Positions 63,601-64,000 of a stretch of 64,000 bases of DNA are shown piece after piece. Position numbers and translations under genes: made by a program. A model generated the notes under the pieces. That model did no database searches. It had not been told where the DNA came from and saw nothing but the letters and a program-made list of their open reading frames with translations. The DNA lies in contig OZ320316.1 in assembly GCA_976226885.1 (NCBI GenBank), positions 80,352,001 to 80,416,000 of the forward strand. The letters are read 5' to 3'. The stretch is from Iphione sp. A-MEVVRFRX5 (lineage: Eukaryota). The first letter of the stretch is position 1. Every line of letters starts with the position of its first letter.

Positions 63601-64000
63601 TTTCGTGGTCAGGCTGAGATTCATCATTCATATCGTGATTTGATGCCTCCGATTGCTGCTTCTGCTGAGCGTCTGAATCATTAGAAATCTCGGCACCCTT
63701 GTCATCGGTCTTCTCCTGACTTTTGACAGATTCAGGGGATTTATCAACACTTTCATCAATCTTTGGGGACTCTTCTGAATTGAATTCCTCTTTTTTCTGA
63801 TGATGAAGCCCAGATTCATCACTTGGTCCTGATGTTTCTATGTTCTCAGCAGCTTTTGAATCACTAGAAACACCTGCAACGGGTTCCACTCCCTCTTCTA
63901 CCTTGTCTTCTGATTGGTTTTGGTATTTTTCCTCGCTGTCTGAACTCTGTGCCACACTTGATAATACAGGCTTTTCTTCCTGCACCAATGGTGATCGCTC
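31509..64000 (-). CDS. LOXHD1-like: LOXHD1-like multi-PLAT (LH2) repeat protein, 5'-incomplete, about 3370 aa in window, about 18 PLAT domains
   Basis: 53 exons joined in frame (5' to 3'): >64000-62620, 61007-60936, 60226-60167, 59870-59611, 59353-59221, 58890-58660, 58455-58300, 58102-57843, 57601-57469, 57141-56911, 56572-56372, 55594-55326, 54999-54913, 54486-54354, 53899-53748, 53299-52951, 52666-52595, 51817-51749, 51050-50875, 50595-50509, 50328-50196, 49870-49637, 49344-49210, 49083-48557, 48225-48148, 47902-47770, 47391-47237, 46858-46704, 46366-46260, 46079-45802, 45343-45124, 44840-44266, 43943-43845, 43539-43463, 43207-43038, 42677-42505, 42245-42156, 41436-41307, 40938-40784, 40515-40437, 40335-40158, 39958-39882, 39705-39527, 39281-39189, 37331-37196, 36914-36760, 36311-36154, 35637-35552, 33926-33691, 33394-33163, 32593-32439, 32028-31871, 31566-31509 (TAG). 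Repeated PLAT signature Y-x-V-x-V-x-TG...AGTDANVY..LYG..GD.G.R.L...F..G..D.F...LG....V.IGHD..G.G.GW.L.KV...F.C.RWL...EDDG...REL. True orthology (LOXHD1 versus RP1-type) is unresolved. Confidence 0.9.
41015..41170. mobile_element. Diverged second copy of the 29578-29755 MITE
   Basis: Shares tagcaact, ggtcccaa..tataatata, gggcaactc, ctggtggtc and gagttgctactg in the same order. Confidence 0.55.
43038..49083 (-). CDS. PLAT domains 9-12 (9, 11 and 12 degenerate, with long K/D/E inserts) and IQ-motif exon
   Basis: Domain 10 is canonical (VYEMKVMTGDLPGAETDAQLYCNVVGSWGDTGRYLL). Domains 9, 11 and 12 keep only strand motifs around the inserts. Exon 43943-43845 encodes AAIKIQAGFRGYQARKRVK. Confidence 0.8.
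49210..55594 (-). CDS. PLAT domains 5-8, with charged inserts and two linker micro-exons
   Basis: Exons 55594-54354 (domain 5), 53899-52951 (6), linkers 52666-52595 and 51817-51749, 51050-50196 (7), 49870-49210 (8); all frame-consistent. Confidence 0.88.
54724..54760. repeat. Alternating purine-pyrimidine tract (GT/GC)n
   Basis: tgtgtgtgcgtgtgcgtgtatgtgtgcgcgcgcgca. Confidence 0.8.
55873..56200 (+). mobile_element. 328-bp MITE (PIF/Harbinger-like), copy 2
   Basis: GGCC...GGCC termini flanked by a 3-bp TGA duplication (55870-55872, 56201-56203); colinear with 2710-3054. Confidence 0.75.
56372..59870 (-). CDS. PLAT domains 1-4 (two A/B modules)
   Basis: Exon pattern 260/133/231/156 nt, then 260/133/231/201 nt. 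Sequences YDWFIWVTTG..GTNAEVFLVVYGEKG, TYVVEVYTG..DAYIHLFGSHGDAGRRAL, FDWTVWTTTG.., TYIVEVQTG..DANCYIHLFGSRGDAGRRAL. Confidence 0.9.
59390..59491. repeat. 51-bp direct tandem duplication in an intron
   Basis: atatgtaaccttataacttttactacgtaaaatttgc(c/g)atttaatgatcgg twice, with one mismatch. Confidence 0.95.
62238..62243 (-). terminator. Candidate polyadenylation signal for the short (read-through) isoform
   Basis: AATAAA on the minus strand about 85 nt after the stop at 62327. Confidence 0.4.
62327..64000 (-). CDS. Large acidic, disordered (Ser/Glu/Asp/Asn/Gln-rich) exon with internal donor at 62620 and read-through stop at 62327-62329
   Basis: 553-aa ORF, open to the window edge. Internal consensus donor GAA G|gtaaga is phase 1 and matches the downstream exon. 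AATAAA on the minus strand at 62243-62238, after the stop. Confidence 0.85.
   Translation of the reverse strand, partial: ERSPLVQEEKPVLSSVAQSSDSEEKYQNQSEDKVEEGVEPVAGVSSDSKAAENIETSGPSDESGLHHQKKEEFNSEESPKIDESVDKSPESVKSQEKTDDKGAEISNDSDAQQKQQSEASNHDMNDESQPDHETKLEASNLEQSSKVNGGEDNQPTPEELSKTTESASANISDASNTIEEESQPTDSPQSASNVQSQDGQQEGRTEVSVEEEAQVPQGIEGDDAGGIQNTTADAEKQNTEVPDNSAENGNSTKESGDETRQSAAPNTLEPEASKPSDETGIDKNRQEDSSNTDNPSVNETNGDISKATDEIVNINAAPIRQEPVDTENAEAQENISESVHDDKKEGVKEKVGDTEKDTVQQKEEVAEETQAAKTESSQSEGTESSAIQIDSSGDAPSEKASDLNTAMDAKGSEAQDQKESVSSESNSNGADQEGKSVGPETTQTTSVSKQDDATQQNAEEGKNGPRESNSGGDKNIVPQGETTTAEPSPEEISENGSVIVVRKDTDPPKHASDNREQEDNETKAKGNASDSLSKEDNGKDTAASTSVLTEDKNTNRL

Noticed and set aside
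1-64000. CRISPR arrays, rRNA, prokaryotic operons or defence systems
   Set aside because: No regularly spaced repeat-spacer array and no rRNA-like sequence; the window is intron-rich animal DNA.

Overview
Eukaryotic (metazoan invertebrate) genomic DNA with AT-rich introns and GT-AG spliced genes. A lancelet-like marine invertebrate is my inference, not a proven assignment. Two convergent, cilia/stereocilia-related genes dominate the window. (1) Plus strand: a TTLL10 tubulin (poly)glycylase orthologue with 8 common exons at 20100-28818. It is preceded by up to five dissimilar candidate alternative first coding exons (73-562, 10778-10907, 15792-16314, 17641-17971, 19054-19270), all ending in a phase-1 donor compatible with the acceptor at 20100. 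(2) Minus strand: a very large LOXHD1-like PLAT/LH2-repeat gene running from beyond 64000 to 31509. I reconstructed 53 frame-consistent exons (about 3370 codons in the window) encoding about 18 PLAT domains built from a duplicated two-domain module. It also has long Lys/Asp/Glu-rich loop inserts, an exon-encoded IQ motif, and a large acidic exon that can either splice on or read through to its own stop and polyA signal, an RP1-like arrangement. The introns carry a decayed Penelope-like element (with a hammerhead-like core and a nested MITE), a CR1/L2-type LINE fragment, several MITE families, a tRNA-derived SINE head and a strong excess of TACATGTA. All exon models were derived by hand from frame, splice-site and motif consistency; no database searches were run.
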